Part shown: one piece after another, positions 17,601 through 26,354 of the stretch
Layout of the letters: each line of letters opens with the position of its first letter
Position numbering within the stretch: the first letter of the stretch is position 1
Assembly (NCBI GenBank): GCA_963843145.1
Contig: CAWJJC010000016.1
Span: 1 to 30,976, forward strand
Length of the DNA: 30,976 nt
From: an uncultured delta proteobacterium
GTDB lineage: Bacteria > Desulfobacterota > RBG-13-43-22
Reading direction: 5' to 3'
Notes under the pieces: generated by a model
Told to the model about the DNA's origin: nothing
Databases searched by the model: none
Seen by the model: only the letters and a program-made list of their open reading frames with translations
Translations under genes and position numbers: made by a program

Positions 17601-19321
17601 CGTATATAGGCTTCGGTGACGTAGCGCCGCATCATCCGGTGGGTATTAAAATAGTAGGCATTCTGACCGATGGTGTTCCCCATCATCCAGACCCAGATGC
17701 TCCGGGCGTCATAATAGGTGGGGATAATTTCCGTTTCCAGCTTGGCATACAAATCATCGGAGTCCCGGGTGTCGTGGTTCTCCACCAGGTTCGTTTCCAC
17801 CGGACTGGGGCCGATCGACCAGCCGGTGTCCCCCTCGATATAGCCTTCGATCCACCAGCCGTCCAAGACGCTAAAATTCATCACCCCGTTATGAGCGGCC
17901 TTCATACCGCTGGTGCCGGAGGCCTCCCGGGGCCGTTGGGGAGTATTCAGCCAAACATCTACTCCGGATACCATCTTCAGGGCAATGTCCATATCGTAAT
18001 TGCTCAAATAAACCATTTTGATTTTGCCGGCCAGCCGTTCCTTATAAGCGAAAATTTTTTCGATCAGGGCCTTGCCCGGCGTGTCATGGGGATGGGCCTT
18101 GCCGGCATAGACGATCTGAATTTTTCCGGCGGCAATTTTTTCCAATCGCTCCAAATCGCTGAACAACAGATCGGCCCTTTTGTAGGCCGTGGCCCGGCGG
18201 GCGAAACCGAGGGTCAGGACATTCAAATCCATCTCCACCCCGGTCTGCTTCAAAATGAAATCCAGGAGCGCCCCTTTAGCCGTCTGGTGGGCCTCCCAGA
18301 TTTCATTATCCGGTATCCGGCCCACCCGGACGAAAAGCTCCGGCTCGTTGGCCCAGCCCGGCAGGTATTTGTCGTACAGTTTTTTAAAGCTGTCGCAGGT
18401 CCAGGTATAGGAATGGACCCCGTTGGTAATAGCATTGATTTTATATCCCGGGAACATATTCCGGGATACTTCCCCATGCTTCTTGGCCACCCCGTTGACG
18501 AATTCGGTCAGGTTCAGGGCCAAAATCGTCATGTTCAGTTCGTCGGTTCCGGCCAGTCCCTTGAGGATGTCCAGGGGGATGAGGCTTCCGAGAACGCGCT
18601 CGACCAGGTCGTAGGGGAAACGATCATGGCCGGCCTCCACCGGGGTATGGGTGGTAAAGACGCAGAGGTCCTTCACACTGTGGACGTCCCAGATCAGTTT
18701 TTCGTCCCAGACCTCCTCAATGGGCCTTTTAAATTTATTCAGCAACTCCAGGGTCAGCAGGCTGGCGTGCCCCTCGTTGAGGTGATATTTCTTGATTTCG
18801 AAACCCAGTTCCTTCAACATTCGGACGCCCCCGAGACCGAGGACGATTTCCTGCTTGAACCGGTAGGCCTGGTCGCCGCCGTAAAGCGAGGCGGTGATTC
18901 CCCGGTCTTCCGGGGTGTTCCCCTCCACGTCGGTATCCAGGAAAAAAACCGAGACCTTACCTCCGGTTAAACTTTTGACCACATAGTGCCAGGCTTGGAC
19001 TGCCACCGCCCGCCCCTCGATCTCCACCGAAACCTGCCGGCTCAGCCGAGTCATAAACGTGGCCGGGTCCCAAATATAGGGATGTTCAATCTGACGGCCT
19101 TTTTCATCCAATTCCTGGCGAAAAAATCCCTTCCGGGTAAGCAGGGTCACCGCCACCATAGGCAGTTCCAGGTCGGCCCCCGATTTGATCGTGTCCCCGG
19201 CCAGCACCCCCAGTCCGCCGCTGTAGGTGGGAATATTGCTGTTGATCCCGATCTCCATGGTAAAATAGGCGATCATCGGTTCTGCGGTTAGGTCCATCAA
19301 TAGTTTTTGTTCGGCGTTCAT
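17597..19321 (-). CDS. glgP: Alpha-glucan (glycogen/maltodextrin) phosphorylase
   Basis: YSGGLGVLAGD, HLNEGH, FTTHTPV, ITNGVH, FARRATAYKR, AGKAHP, PLP-lysine motif EASGTSGMKA. Confidence 0.95.
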   Translation of the reverse strand: MNAEQKLLMDLTAEPMIAYFTMEIGINSNIPTYSGGLGVLAGDTIKSGADLELPMVAVTLLTRKGFFRQELDEKGRQIEHPYIWDPATFMTRLSRQVSVEIEGRAVAVQAWHYVVKSLTGGKVSVFFLDTDVEGNTPEDRGITASLYGGDQAYRFKQEIVLGLGGVRMLKELGFEIKKYHLNEGHASLLTLELLNKFKRPIEEVWDEKLIWDVHSVKDLCVFTTHTPVEAGHDRFPYDLVERVLGSLIPLDILKGLAGTDELNMTILALNLTEFVNGVAKKHGEVSRNMFPGYKINAITNGVHSYTWTCDSFKKLYDKYLPGWANEPELFVRVGRIPDNEIWEAHQTAKGALLDFILKQTGVEMDLNVLTLGFARRATAYKRADLLFSDLERLEKIAAGKIQIVYAGKAHPHDTPGKALIEKIFAYKERLAGKIKMVYLSNYDMDIALKMVSGVDVWLNTPQRPREASGTSGMKAAHNGVMNFSVLDGWWIEGYIEGDTGWSIGPSPVETNLVENHDTRDSDDLYAKLETEIIPTYYDARSIWVWMMGNTIGQNAYYFNTHRMMRRYVTEAYIR

Positions 19322-19746
19322 TCAATCCTCCTCCAGGGTATTCAAACCCCCTTGACTTAAGCAGGCGTCAAAGGGTAGGAATGGCAAGATATCCTAATCC
19401 GGCAGGTAGGGCAACCACTTAATAGAAAGACGCTTCGCCCTTTGGGGCGGGTAGCCCCGCCTATCCGCTTAGGTCCGATTTTCATACTAAACCCCCAGGC
19501 CCGGGGCAGGGCACCCGAGAAGCATGAAAATAAAAGGGCTGCGAGCAAAACCTTGCTAACCAGAGAAGTGACTAAGGAATCCCCAATAATCCAATTGTCT
19601 AAGTTATCAATTGATTATTCGATTACTCTAAACCGATGCTGGGTCCTATTTGCGTACTAAATAAACCTGAACGTCGCACTCCGACATCGATTCAAAACAA
19701 ACATCCCGTCCAAACGGGCAAAGAACTTTGAAAAAGTGCTTCAACT

Positions 19747-20583
19747 ATGCTTGCTAAGATTACACTGGTTTTTTTCGCGGCCCTCTTTCTTTATTTTGGT
19801 TCCTTTTTCCTTTATCCGAACGTGGGGAAGCTGAAGAAGGAAAATCCCGTCAAGACCGCTTTTATGGAATACCGGGAGAAAGAGTGGCGGCAAGAAGGAA
19901 AAAATATAAAAATCAAGCGCCAGTGGGTTCCCCTGGCGCGGATCTCGCCTTACCTGATCAAGGCCGTGCTTATCGCCGAAGACGATAAATTCTATCAGCA
20001 CGAGGGCTTTGATCTTGAAGCGATCCAGAAGGCCATGGAAAAGGACCTTAAGGAGGGCAAGCTCAAGGTCGGCGGCAGCACCATCAGCCAGCAATTGGCC
20101 AAAAATCTATTTCTCAGCCCGGCAAAGAATCCCATCCGCAAGCTCAAGGAGGCCATCCTGACCTGGCGACTGGAAAGAGCGCTCCCCAAAAAGCGGATCA
20201 TGGAACTTTACTTAAACGTAGTGGAATGGGGCGAGGGAATCTTCGGCGTTGAAGCGGCGGCCCGAAATTACTATGGAAAATCGGCCTCGGCCTTAGGTCC
20301 GGAAGAATCGGCCCGCCTGGCCGCCGTCCTCCCCAACCCTCGAAAATACAGCCCGCTGAGCCAATCCCAATACGTGGTCCGTCGCTCCCGGATCTTTTAT
20401 AACATCATGGTTCGGAGGGGCATCGTCATCCCGGCCTTTGAGGAGGTCATGGTGCCGGAGATGAAAAATGAAGGGCCTCCTCTTCCTGAGACCAGCGATG
20501 TCCCGGCGCCGCTGCCGGCCGAGCCTCCCCTGACAAAACCGGAAGACCTTCCCCCTTTAAAGGAACTGGATCAAAAATGGTAG
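19747..20583 (+). CDS. mtgA: Monofunctional peptidoglycan transglycosylase
   Basis: N-terminal TM, GT51 motifs EDDKFYQHEG, GGSTISQQLAKNLFL, RKLKE, ELYLNVVEWG; Pro-rich tail. Confidence 0.95.
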   Translation: MLAKITLVFFAALFLYFGSFFLYPNVGKLKKENPVKTAFMEYREKEWRQEGKNIKIKRQWVPLARISPYLIKAVLIAEDDKFYQHEGFDLEAIQKAMEKDLKEGKLKVGGSTISQQLAKNLFLSPAKNPIRKLKEAILTWRLERALPKKRIMELYLNVVEWGEGIFGVEAAARNYYGKSASALGPEESARLAAVLPNPRKYSPLSQSQYVVRRSRIFYNIMVRRGIVIPAFEEVMVPEMKNEGPPLPETSDVPAPLPAEPPLTKPEDLPPLKELDQKW

Positions 20584-20646
20584 CGGTTAGTTTTTTTTCA
20601 ATTTATTAATGACGGCGGGGCAGATCAAACTCGAAGCATAAAGCTG

Positions 20647-20675
20647 TTGACAAAAAGGCTACGGAAAATAATAAT
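20647..20675 (+). promoter_or_regulatory. sigma70 promoter candidate for the deacetylase operon
   Basis: TTGACA 20647-20652, 17 bp, AATAAT 20670-20675. Confidence 0.6.
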
Positions 20676-20683
20676 TCGGGATT

Positions 20684-21664
20684 ATGAACAAGACGGGTCT
20701 TCTTTTTGATGAACGTTTTCTCCGCCACCAGACCGGGCCGTATCACCCGGAGGTCCCGGAGCGACTGACGGCCATTCACCGAGGACTGCAACAGGATGCC
20801 CTCCTCGACCGACTGACGCTCATCCCGGCCTGCCCGGTGGAAGAGCGCTGGATCGCAGCCGTTCACAGCGTCGGACATATCCGGCGTTTTGAAGAGGCCT
20901 GCCTCATGGGTAAAAGCGAACTGGATCACCCCGATAACCAAATCTGCGAGGAGACCTTTGAAACCGCCCTGCTGGCCGTGGGGGGAATCCTGGAAGTCAC
21001 CCGGCAGGTCATGGAGCGAAAACTGGACAATGCCTTCTGCGCCGTCCGGCCTCCCGGACATCACGCCGAGAGAGACCAGGCCCTGGGTTTTTGTTTTTTC
21101 AATAACGTGGCCATTACCGCCCGCTACCTGCAGGCGGAATGGGGCATCCGGCGCGTCGGGATCGTTGACTTCGACGTCCACCACGGCAACGGGACCCAGC
21201 ATATTTTCGAACGGGACCCCACGGTCTTTTATTATTCGATTCATGAGCATCCGACCTTTTCCTACCCCGGCACCGGCCGGGAATTCGAGAAGGGGATAGA
21301 GGCCGGCTATGGCTACACCCTCAATTCACCGGTGCTGCCCGGGCACGGGGACGAGGAATACCGGACCGCCATCGAAAAAGACTTGATCCCGGCCTTTGAG
21401 CGTTTCCAACCCGAGGTGATCCTGGTCTCCGCCGGATTCGACGCCCATGCGGACGACGACATGTCCAATATCAATCTTTCCACCGCCGGCTTTTCCTGGA
21501 TCATGGAGCGCATCAAGCGGATGGGGGATCAGCACGCCCGGGGAAAGGTGATCTCGATCCTGGAGGGGGGGTACTCCTTGAACCGGCTTCCTGAATTAAT
21601 CCGAAACCATCTGCAAATTCTGTTAGGCAATCACAGCGACCCTCGTGAGGAAGGAAATAGCTAA
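20684..21664 (+). CDS. Zn-dependent histone deacetylase-family protein
   Basis: HPEVPERL, RPPGHHA, GFCFFNN, DFDVHHGNGTQ, SAGFDAH, LEGGY. Confidence 0.95.
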   Translation: MNKTGLLFDERFLRHQTGPYHPEVPERLTAIHRGLQQDALLDRLTLIPACPVEERWIAAVHSVGHIRRFEEACLMGKSELDHPDNQICEETFETALLAVGGILEVTRQVMERKLDNAFCAVRPPGHHAERDQALGFCFFNNVAITARYLQAEWGIRRVGIVDFDVHHGNGTQHIFERDPTVFYYSIHEHPTFSYPGTGREFEKGIEAGYGYTLNSPVLPGHGDEEYRTAIEKDLIPAFERFQPEVILVSAGFDAHADDDMSNINLSTAGFSWIMERIKRMGDQHARGKVISILEGGYSLNRLPELIRNHLQILLGNHSDPREEGNS

Positions 21665-22350
21665 TGTTTATCGACCAAGCCATGATCAGGAATGTGACCA
21701 CCATCGGTCCGGAGGCCGGGATAGGGGAGGCCAAAGAGATGATGCGTCGGTACCGGATTCATTCCCTGCCGGTTGTCTCGGCCGATCGCACCCTGATGGG
21801 AATCGTCACCGATCGCGATGTGCGCAGCGCCTGGCCCTCGGATCTTTTTTCGGCCGAGGAGACCCTTCGTCAGAAAGAGCGCAGTGACGAACTGAAAATC
21901 AAGGATATCATGACCCCCGATCCGGTGACTGTTTCTCCGGCCAATACCCTGCAGGACGCCCTGCTGCTGATGCAAAAAATTCACGTGGGGGCCTTGCCGG
22001 TAGTGGATCGGGATGGGAAAGTCGCCGGCATTATCTCCCTCCGGGACCTGCTGCGGGCCTTTACCGAGGTCCTGGGAATCGACGAACCGGGGATGCTCCT
22101 GGGTATCCTGGCGGACGATCAACAGGGGCAGATGAAACGGATCGTGGAGGTCATCACTGAAGAAAAGATACGCTTCGGAAGCGTCCTGGTCTCCCGGCAC
22201 TGGGAGGAAGGGAAACGGGCCTTTTTCCCCTATCTTTTCACCAACAACGTGCTCCAGCTCAAGAAAAAACTGGAAGCCCGGGGGTTTACTCTTATCAACC
22301 CCCTGGAATGGTACCGGAAAGATCAGCCGCCGAAGATGGAAAGCGTCTAA
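21664..22350 (+). CDS. CBS-pair + ACT-like domain protein (AcuB-like)
   Basis: Two CBS motifs (LPVV..GIVTDRD; MTPDPVTV..LPVVD..GIISLRD) and a ~80 aa C-terminal domain; TAATG overlap with the deacetylase gene. Confidence 0.85.
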   Translation: MFIDQAMIRNVTTIGPEAGIGEAKEMMRRYRIHSLPVVSADRTLMGIVTDRDVRSAWPSDLFSAEETLRQKERSDELKIKDIMTPDPVTVSPANTLQDALLLMQKIHVGALPVVDRDGKVAGIISLRDLLRAFTEVLGIDEPGMLLGILADDQQGQMKRIVEVITEEKIRFGSVLVSRHWEEGKRAFFPYLFTNNVLQLKKKLEARGFTLINPLEWYRKDQPPKMESV

Positions 22351-22362
22351 GGGAGCCCCGCG

Positions 22363-23805
22363 ATGGCCCTGCCTCCGAACAAGACCAAGATCGTCTGTAC
22401 CATTGGCCCGGCCTCCCGCTCCCGGGAGGTGCTGGAGAAGATGTTACGGGCCGGCATGAACATCGCCCGGATCAATTTCTCCCACGGCGATTTTTCCGAA
22501 CACCGGGAGGTGATGGAGAACCTCCGGGCCGCGGCCCTGGCCGTCGGAACCCGTCTGGCTATCCTGGCCGACCTTCCCGGTCCCAAGATGCGTATCGGGG
22601 TGTTCGATCGGGAACCGATAGACCTGGAGCCGGGGGCCTTCTTCACCCTGACCACGGATGAGGCGATCGGAGACCTCCACCGGGTTTCGGTCACTTTTTC
22701 GCGCCTGCCTCAGGCGGTGAAACCGGGTAACACCCTGTATTTGAACGATGGTTTGATCCAGCTCGAGGTGGATCGGATTCAGGGCAACGACGTCCGCTGC
22801 CGGGTCATCGTGGGCGGAGAGCTGCGTTCCCACAAGGGGCTCAACCTTCCGGGCATCGATCTGGGCCTCAGCGCCTTTACGCCGCACGATCAGGCCTGCC
22901 TGAAATTCGCCCTGGAAAACGGGGTCGACGCGGTGAGCCAGTCCTTCGTGGAAAGGGCGGCGGATATCGAGGCCGTGCGCCAGGCGGCGGAGGCCCTCGG
23001 CTACCGCCCCTTTATCATCGCCAAGATCGAGCGGGCGAGGGCCCTCCAGCACCTGGAGGGCATCATCGCCGCGGCCGACGGGCTGATGATCGCCCGGGGA
23101 GACCTCGGCGTGGAACTGCCCATCGAACAGATCGCCGTGGTTCAAAAACAGGTCATGCGCCAGGCCCTTTTGGAGGCCAAGCCGGTGATCACGGCCACCC
23201 AGATGCTGGAGTCCATGACCACCAACCCCCGCCCCACCCGGGCCGAGGCGACCGATGTGGCCAATGCCGTTCTGGACGGAACGGATGGCGTCATGCTTTC
23301 CGGCGAGTCGGCCATGGGCGGTTTCCCGGTGGAGGCGGTGGCCATGCTGGCGAAGATCACCGCGGCTATCGAGCCCTACCGGGTGCCCCTTAAGGTAAAA
23401 AGAATCTTCCGGGACCCCAACCTTCAAGGCCGAAGGCCCCCGGCCAAATTGATCGAACTGGGGACGGAGGCCGTTCTCCAGTACGCGGACCCGGCGGCCG
23501 TCTTTGTCCCCACCCATAGCGGAGACACGGCCAGAAGTATCGCCCGCTTTCGCCCGCCGGTCTGGATCATTGCCGTTTCCTCCCAGGAAACCACCTGTCA
23601 GCAGTTGCAGTTTTCTTCCGGGGTTTACCCGCTGTTGGAAGCCAAACACCCGGAAAACTGGAACCGTTATGTATCCTCCTGGCTTAAGTCCCAGGGGATC
23701 GAAGGCCGATTGGCGTTGCTGACCGAAGGTCCCTCCTCCAAATACCCCGAGGCCAACAACCGACTCGAGATTATCGATCTTTCCCGAAACAGGATCGCCG
23801 GCTGA
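22363..23805 (+). CDS. pyk: Pyruvate kinase
   Basis: TKIVCTIGPAS, ARINFSHG, DLPGPK, IAKIE, MIARGDLGVE, ATQMLESM, PTRAEATDVANA, MLSGESA. Confidence 0.97.
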   Translation: MALPPNKTKIVCTIGPASRSREVLEKMLRAGMNIARINFSHGDFSEHREVMENLRAAALAVGTRLAILADLPGPKMRIGVFDREPIDLEPGAFFTLTTDEAIGDLHRVSVTFSRLPQAVKPGNTLYLNDGLIQLEVDRIQGNDVRCRVIVGGELRSHKGLNLPGIDLGLSAFTPHDQACLKFALENGVDAVSQSFVERAADIEAVRQAAEALGYRPFIIAKIERARALQHLEGIIAAADGLMIARGDLGVELPIEQIAVVQKQVMRQALLEAKPVITATQMLESMTTNPRPTRAEATDVANAVLDGTDGVMLSGESAMGGFPVEAVAMLAKITAAIEPYRVPLKVKRIFRDPNLQGRRPPAKLIELGTEAVLQYADPAAVFVPTHSGDTARSIARFRPPVWIIAVSSQETTCQQLQFSSGVYPLLEAKHPENWNRYVSSWLKSQGIEGRLALLTEGPSSKYPEANNRLEIIDLSRNRIAG

Positions 23806-23943
23806 CCGGTCCCCAGACCCCCGGCCTCGAATAATGGTCTCCCGGCCATAAAAATACTGTCTTTTTTTCTAAGAAACTACGGTTTCCCCCTATTCCCTTC
23901 AGGACCTGGCTTCGGTATTCTTTTACCTAAAGGAGGCCGAACC

Positions 23944-24219
23944 ATGTCACGCACGATTAAAATCCTGCATATCGATCCCGAATACGAGGTAACCTATTTT
24001 GTCTATCGTCCGGGGTCCACCATCCGGAGCTCGGTTCCCCTGGAGACGGCTATTAATCTTCTAAAAACAGAAGATTTTGATCTGATTCTCTCGGAGCCGC
24101 ACCAAAAGGCCATCTTAAAGGACCAGCCGCCTTCCGTTAAATCCGGACCCGCTCTGTCGGTTGAACAATTGAGCAAGGAGGATTTCCATGGCGATCTCTG
24201 GCAAGTACGGCCCAATTGA
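23944..24219 (+). CDS. Hypothetical protein, degenerate receiver-like
   Basis: SD AAGGAGG; IKILHID..AINLLKTEDFDLILSEP resembles a receiver N-half with Glu at the phospho-Asp position. Confidence 0.55.
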   Translation: MSRTIKILHIDPEYEVTYFVYRPGSTIRSSVPLETAINLLKTEDFDLILSEPHQKAILKDQPPSVKSGPALSVEQLSKEDFHGDLWQVRPN

Positions 24220-24403
24220 TATTCCTAAAATCGGAGAGCGGGAACCCGTCTTTATTCTCCGGGCCCAGGATCTGCTGGCCGGACCGGCCATCGAACTGTA
24301 TAAGACCCTGGTCCGGTCACACGGGTCTCCCCTGACCGAGGAATTGGGGAAGGAAATCGGCCGCTTTCAGCGCTGGACCGGCTTCAAAAAAATCCCGGAT
24401 TGA
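24188..24403 (+). CDS. Hypothetical protein (EPVFILRAQD motif)
   Basis: SD AAGGAGG, 71 aa, protein-like composition. Confidence 0.7.
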   Translation: MAISGKYGPIDIPKIGEREPVFILRAQDLLAGPAIELYKTLVRSHGSPLTEELGKEIGRFQRWTGFKKIPD

Positions 24404-24434
24404 TCCACAAAGAATATTGAGAGGAGGAGTTCCC

Positions 24435-24716
24435 ATGAGACCGGATACCGTCCGCGACGTAGAAAAGTTGTATGACCAGACCTTGAAATTTTTGGAAGGA
24501 GAAGGAATAACCGAAAAAGCGCCGAATCCCGGCCCGAGACGAAGCGAATACCAAAACAATTTCAGCGCCGTGCCGGAAAGGTATCTTTTGAAGGACAATC
24601 TTTTGCTGCTGCTTGAAGGAAGTTTGAAATACCGCTTCGAATTCGTTATCAATTGCCTAAAGCTAAAGAATGATGGTTTCGCAAAAAGTCCCCAGCGCTG
24701 TCATTGCGAGGAGTGA
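24435..24716 (+). CDS. Hypothetical protein whose C-terminus is replaced by a MITE
   Basis: SD GAGGAGG, ATG 24435; last residues DGFAKSPQRCHCEE come from the inserted element. Confidence 0.65.
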   Translation: MRPDTVRDVEKLYDQTLKFLEGEGITEKAPNPGPRRSEYQNNFSAVPERYLLKDNLLLLLEGSLKYRFEFVINCLKLKNDGFAKSPQRCHCEE

Positions 24717-24810
24717 AGCGACGAAGCAATCCCCAAGAATCAGCTAGTTACCATGGTGGGGATTGCTTCTCTTCGCAATGACAGGTTTTTGGACTTTTTG
24801 CGAGGTCGGC
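24672..24810. mobile_element. 139-bp palindromic MITE-like element with 6-bp target-site duplication
   Basis: AAGAAT direct repeats at 24666-24671 and 24811-24816; subterminal IR TCGCAAAAAGTCC/GGACTTTTTGCGA; inner IRs TGTCATTGCGA/TCGCAATGACA and GAAGCAATCCCCA/TGGGGATTGCTTC. Confidence 0.88.
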
Positions 24811-24859
24811 AAGAATAATCCTTTTATTATTTTAACCTAAAGAGCAAGGAGGAAAGCTC

Positions 24860-25198
24860 ATGACTCAAATGATGGAATGTAACGATCTGGTTTGTTGCGT
24901 CAATGACGCCTGGGGAAATTTTATGGACGGTCTCGAAAATTCGCTCCGGATGCTCGATGAAAAACTGACCGAGGCCGAGCAGATGTCCTCTCAAGTCACC
25001 GGTGAGTGGGCGGTCGCGATTGAACATGTCATGGACGACCTGTCGAATTTTGTTTTTTCCATCAGTGAGCCCCGGGGTTCATCCGAGGCCTATTCCCAGC
25101 GGCTGAAAAGTCTCCGGCACCGGCTTCATGAGCACTACGTCCGGTTTAAGGCCATCAAGGATGCCAAAGGCCTGCAAGTCTATACTCCTGCCGCCTAA
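24860..25198 (+). CDS. Hypothetical helical protein
   Basis: SD AAGGAGG, 112 aa, N-terminal CNDLVCC. Confidence 0.75.
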   Translation: MTQMMECNDLVCCVNDAWGNFMDGLENSLRMLDEKLTEAEQMSSQVTGEWAVAIEHVMDDLSNFVFSISEPRGSSEAYSQRLKSLRHRLHEHYVRFKAIKDAKGLQVYTPAA

Positions 25199-25232
25199 CC
25201 CTATAAATTCAAAAGGAAAGGGCCTCTCAACC

Positions 25233-25493
25233 ATGGAAACGATTACTATTACTACAGACAAAGCCGGATTTGACTTCGACACCGCCCGGAAAGTCTCCGG
25301 GGCCCTGGCCAAGAGCTATAACCCGGAAACCTCCCTCATGGCCTGGTTTGACAAAAAGCAAAACAAACACTCTCCCTCCGAGGTCGAATGTAACGCCGAG
25401 GGACTGCCCGGCTGGGAGGAATACGGCCGGCATCATGGTGGACAGAAAAAGGTGGTGTTCGGGGACGGACAATACATTTTTATTTACAGCTAA
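25233..25493 (+). CDS. AF1514/DUF5619-like protein
   Basis: DFDTARKV..LMAWFDKK..SPSEVEC..PGWEEYGRHHGG..YIFIY pattern; ATG 25233. Confidence 0.75.
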   Translation: METITITTDKAGFDFDTARKVSGALAKSYNPETSLMAWFDKKQNKHSPSEVECNAEGLPGWEEYGRHHGGQKKVVFGDGQYIFIYS

Positions 25494-25505
25494 AAGGGTT
25501 TCACG

Positions 25506-25703
25506 ATGAAGGTTGTCGTGGACGAAGCGGTGTGCATCGGCTGTGAGACCTGCGCCGAATTATGCCCGAAGATCTTCCGGATGGACGAAATGAAAAGAAA
25601 GGCCGAGGTCATTTTCCCCGGGGGCGGGTCGAAAGGCTGCATCGAAGAGGCCATGGAGGCCTGCCCCGTCTCTTGTATCCATTGGGAGGATTGCCAAGGT
25701 TAA
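25506..25703 (+). CDS. Monocluster ferredoxin
   Basis: CIGCETCAELCP and CIEEAMEACPVSCI, 65 aa. Confidence 0.92.
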   Translation: MKVVVDEAVCIGCETCAELCPKIFRMDEMKRKAEVIFPGGGSKGCIEEAMEACPVSCIHWEDCQG

Positions 25704-25801
25704 TTCGGGATCGACCGGTATAACTTAATAAAAGTAATTTTATTTTTTGAAAACCTCCCCTTCGCCAAACGAGGGGATTAACCCAAAAAAGGGAGGATCT
25801 T

Positions 25802-26197
25802 ATGAACGAATTCAAAGGGCTGTTTCAAAGCGCCGATTGGAAACTGGAAAAACATGTCCCGGTCATCGAGGCCCCGGAGGCGGTGGCCAAGGGAGAATTT
25901 TTTCGGGTGACCGTTACTATCGGGAAGGAAAAGGCCCACCCGAACAAGACCGAACACCATATCGCCTGGATTGCCGTGTACTTTCAGCCCCAAGGAGAAA
26001 AATACCCTTACCAGATCGGCCAGACGCAATTCTCTGCCCACGGTGCTTCCACTGAAGGCCCGGACACCAGTACAATCTATACCCATCACGAGACGGTATT
26101 GACCTTCAAAACCGACAAGCCGGGGACGATCTATGCGGCCAGTTTATGTAACATCCACGGACTCTGGCAAAATGCCCGTGAACTGGATTTGAAATAG
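25802..26197 (+). CDS. Class II superoxide reductase-like (neelaredoxin/SORL) protein
   Basis: EKHVP, HPNKTEHHIAWI and CNIHG iron-ligand motifs; no desulforedoxin domain; SD GGAGG. Confidence 0.92.
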   Translation: MNEFKGLFQSADWKLEKHVPVIEAPEAVAKGEFFRVTVTIGKEKAHPNKTEHHIAWIAVYFQPQGEKYPYQIGQTQFSAHGASTEGPDTSTIYTHHETVLTFKTDKPGTIYAASLCNIHGLWQNARELDLK

Positions 26198-26354
26198 TAA
26201 CCAAATTCGAAGAAACCGGAGAGGCATTGAACCACGAATCGATTTCAGGGACTTTTTCGGCTGCTCCCGCTGCCGGGGGCGAAAACGACCACTCCTCCGG
26301 CCGGCCCGGCGTCCGTAATTTAGGCGAAGGGATTTATTCTTAAGCTATTGGCAT

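Noticed and set aside
17639-18970. Long antisense ORFs (also 22444-23649, 29722-30729, 16606-17364, 15183-15830)
   Set aside because: They shadow well-supported genes on the opposite strand, which is common in GC-rich DNA, and have no motifs of their own.
19340-19530. Hairpin-rich leader of glgP with partial resemblance to a c-di-GMP-I riboswitch 3' half on the minus strand
   Set aside because: The GGCAAA and GACGCAAA core elements are missing; not supportable without an Rfam scan.
19606-19615. ATCAATTGAT palindrome as an FNR box
   Set aside because: Half-sites are in the wrong order and lack the 4-bp spacer of TTGAT-N4-ATCAA.
23872-23900. TACGGTTTCCCCCTA as a possible NarL-type regulator site
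   Set aside because: Single weak instance with no second copy found to support it.
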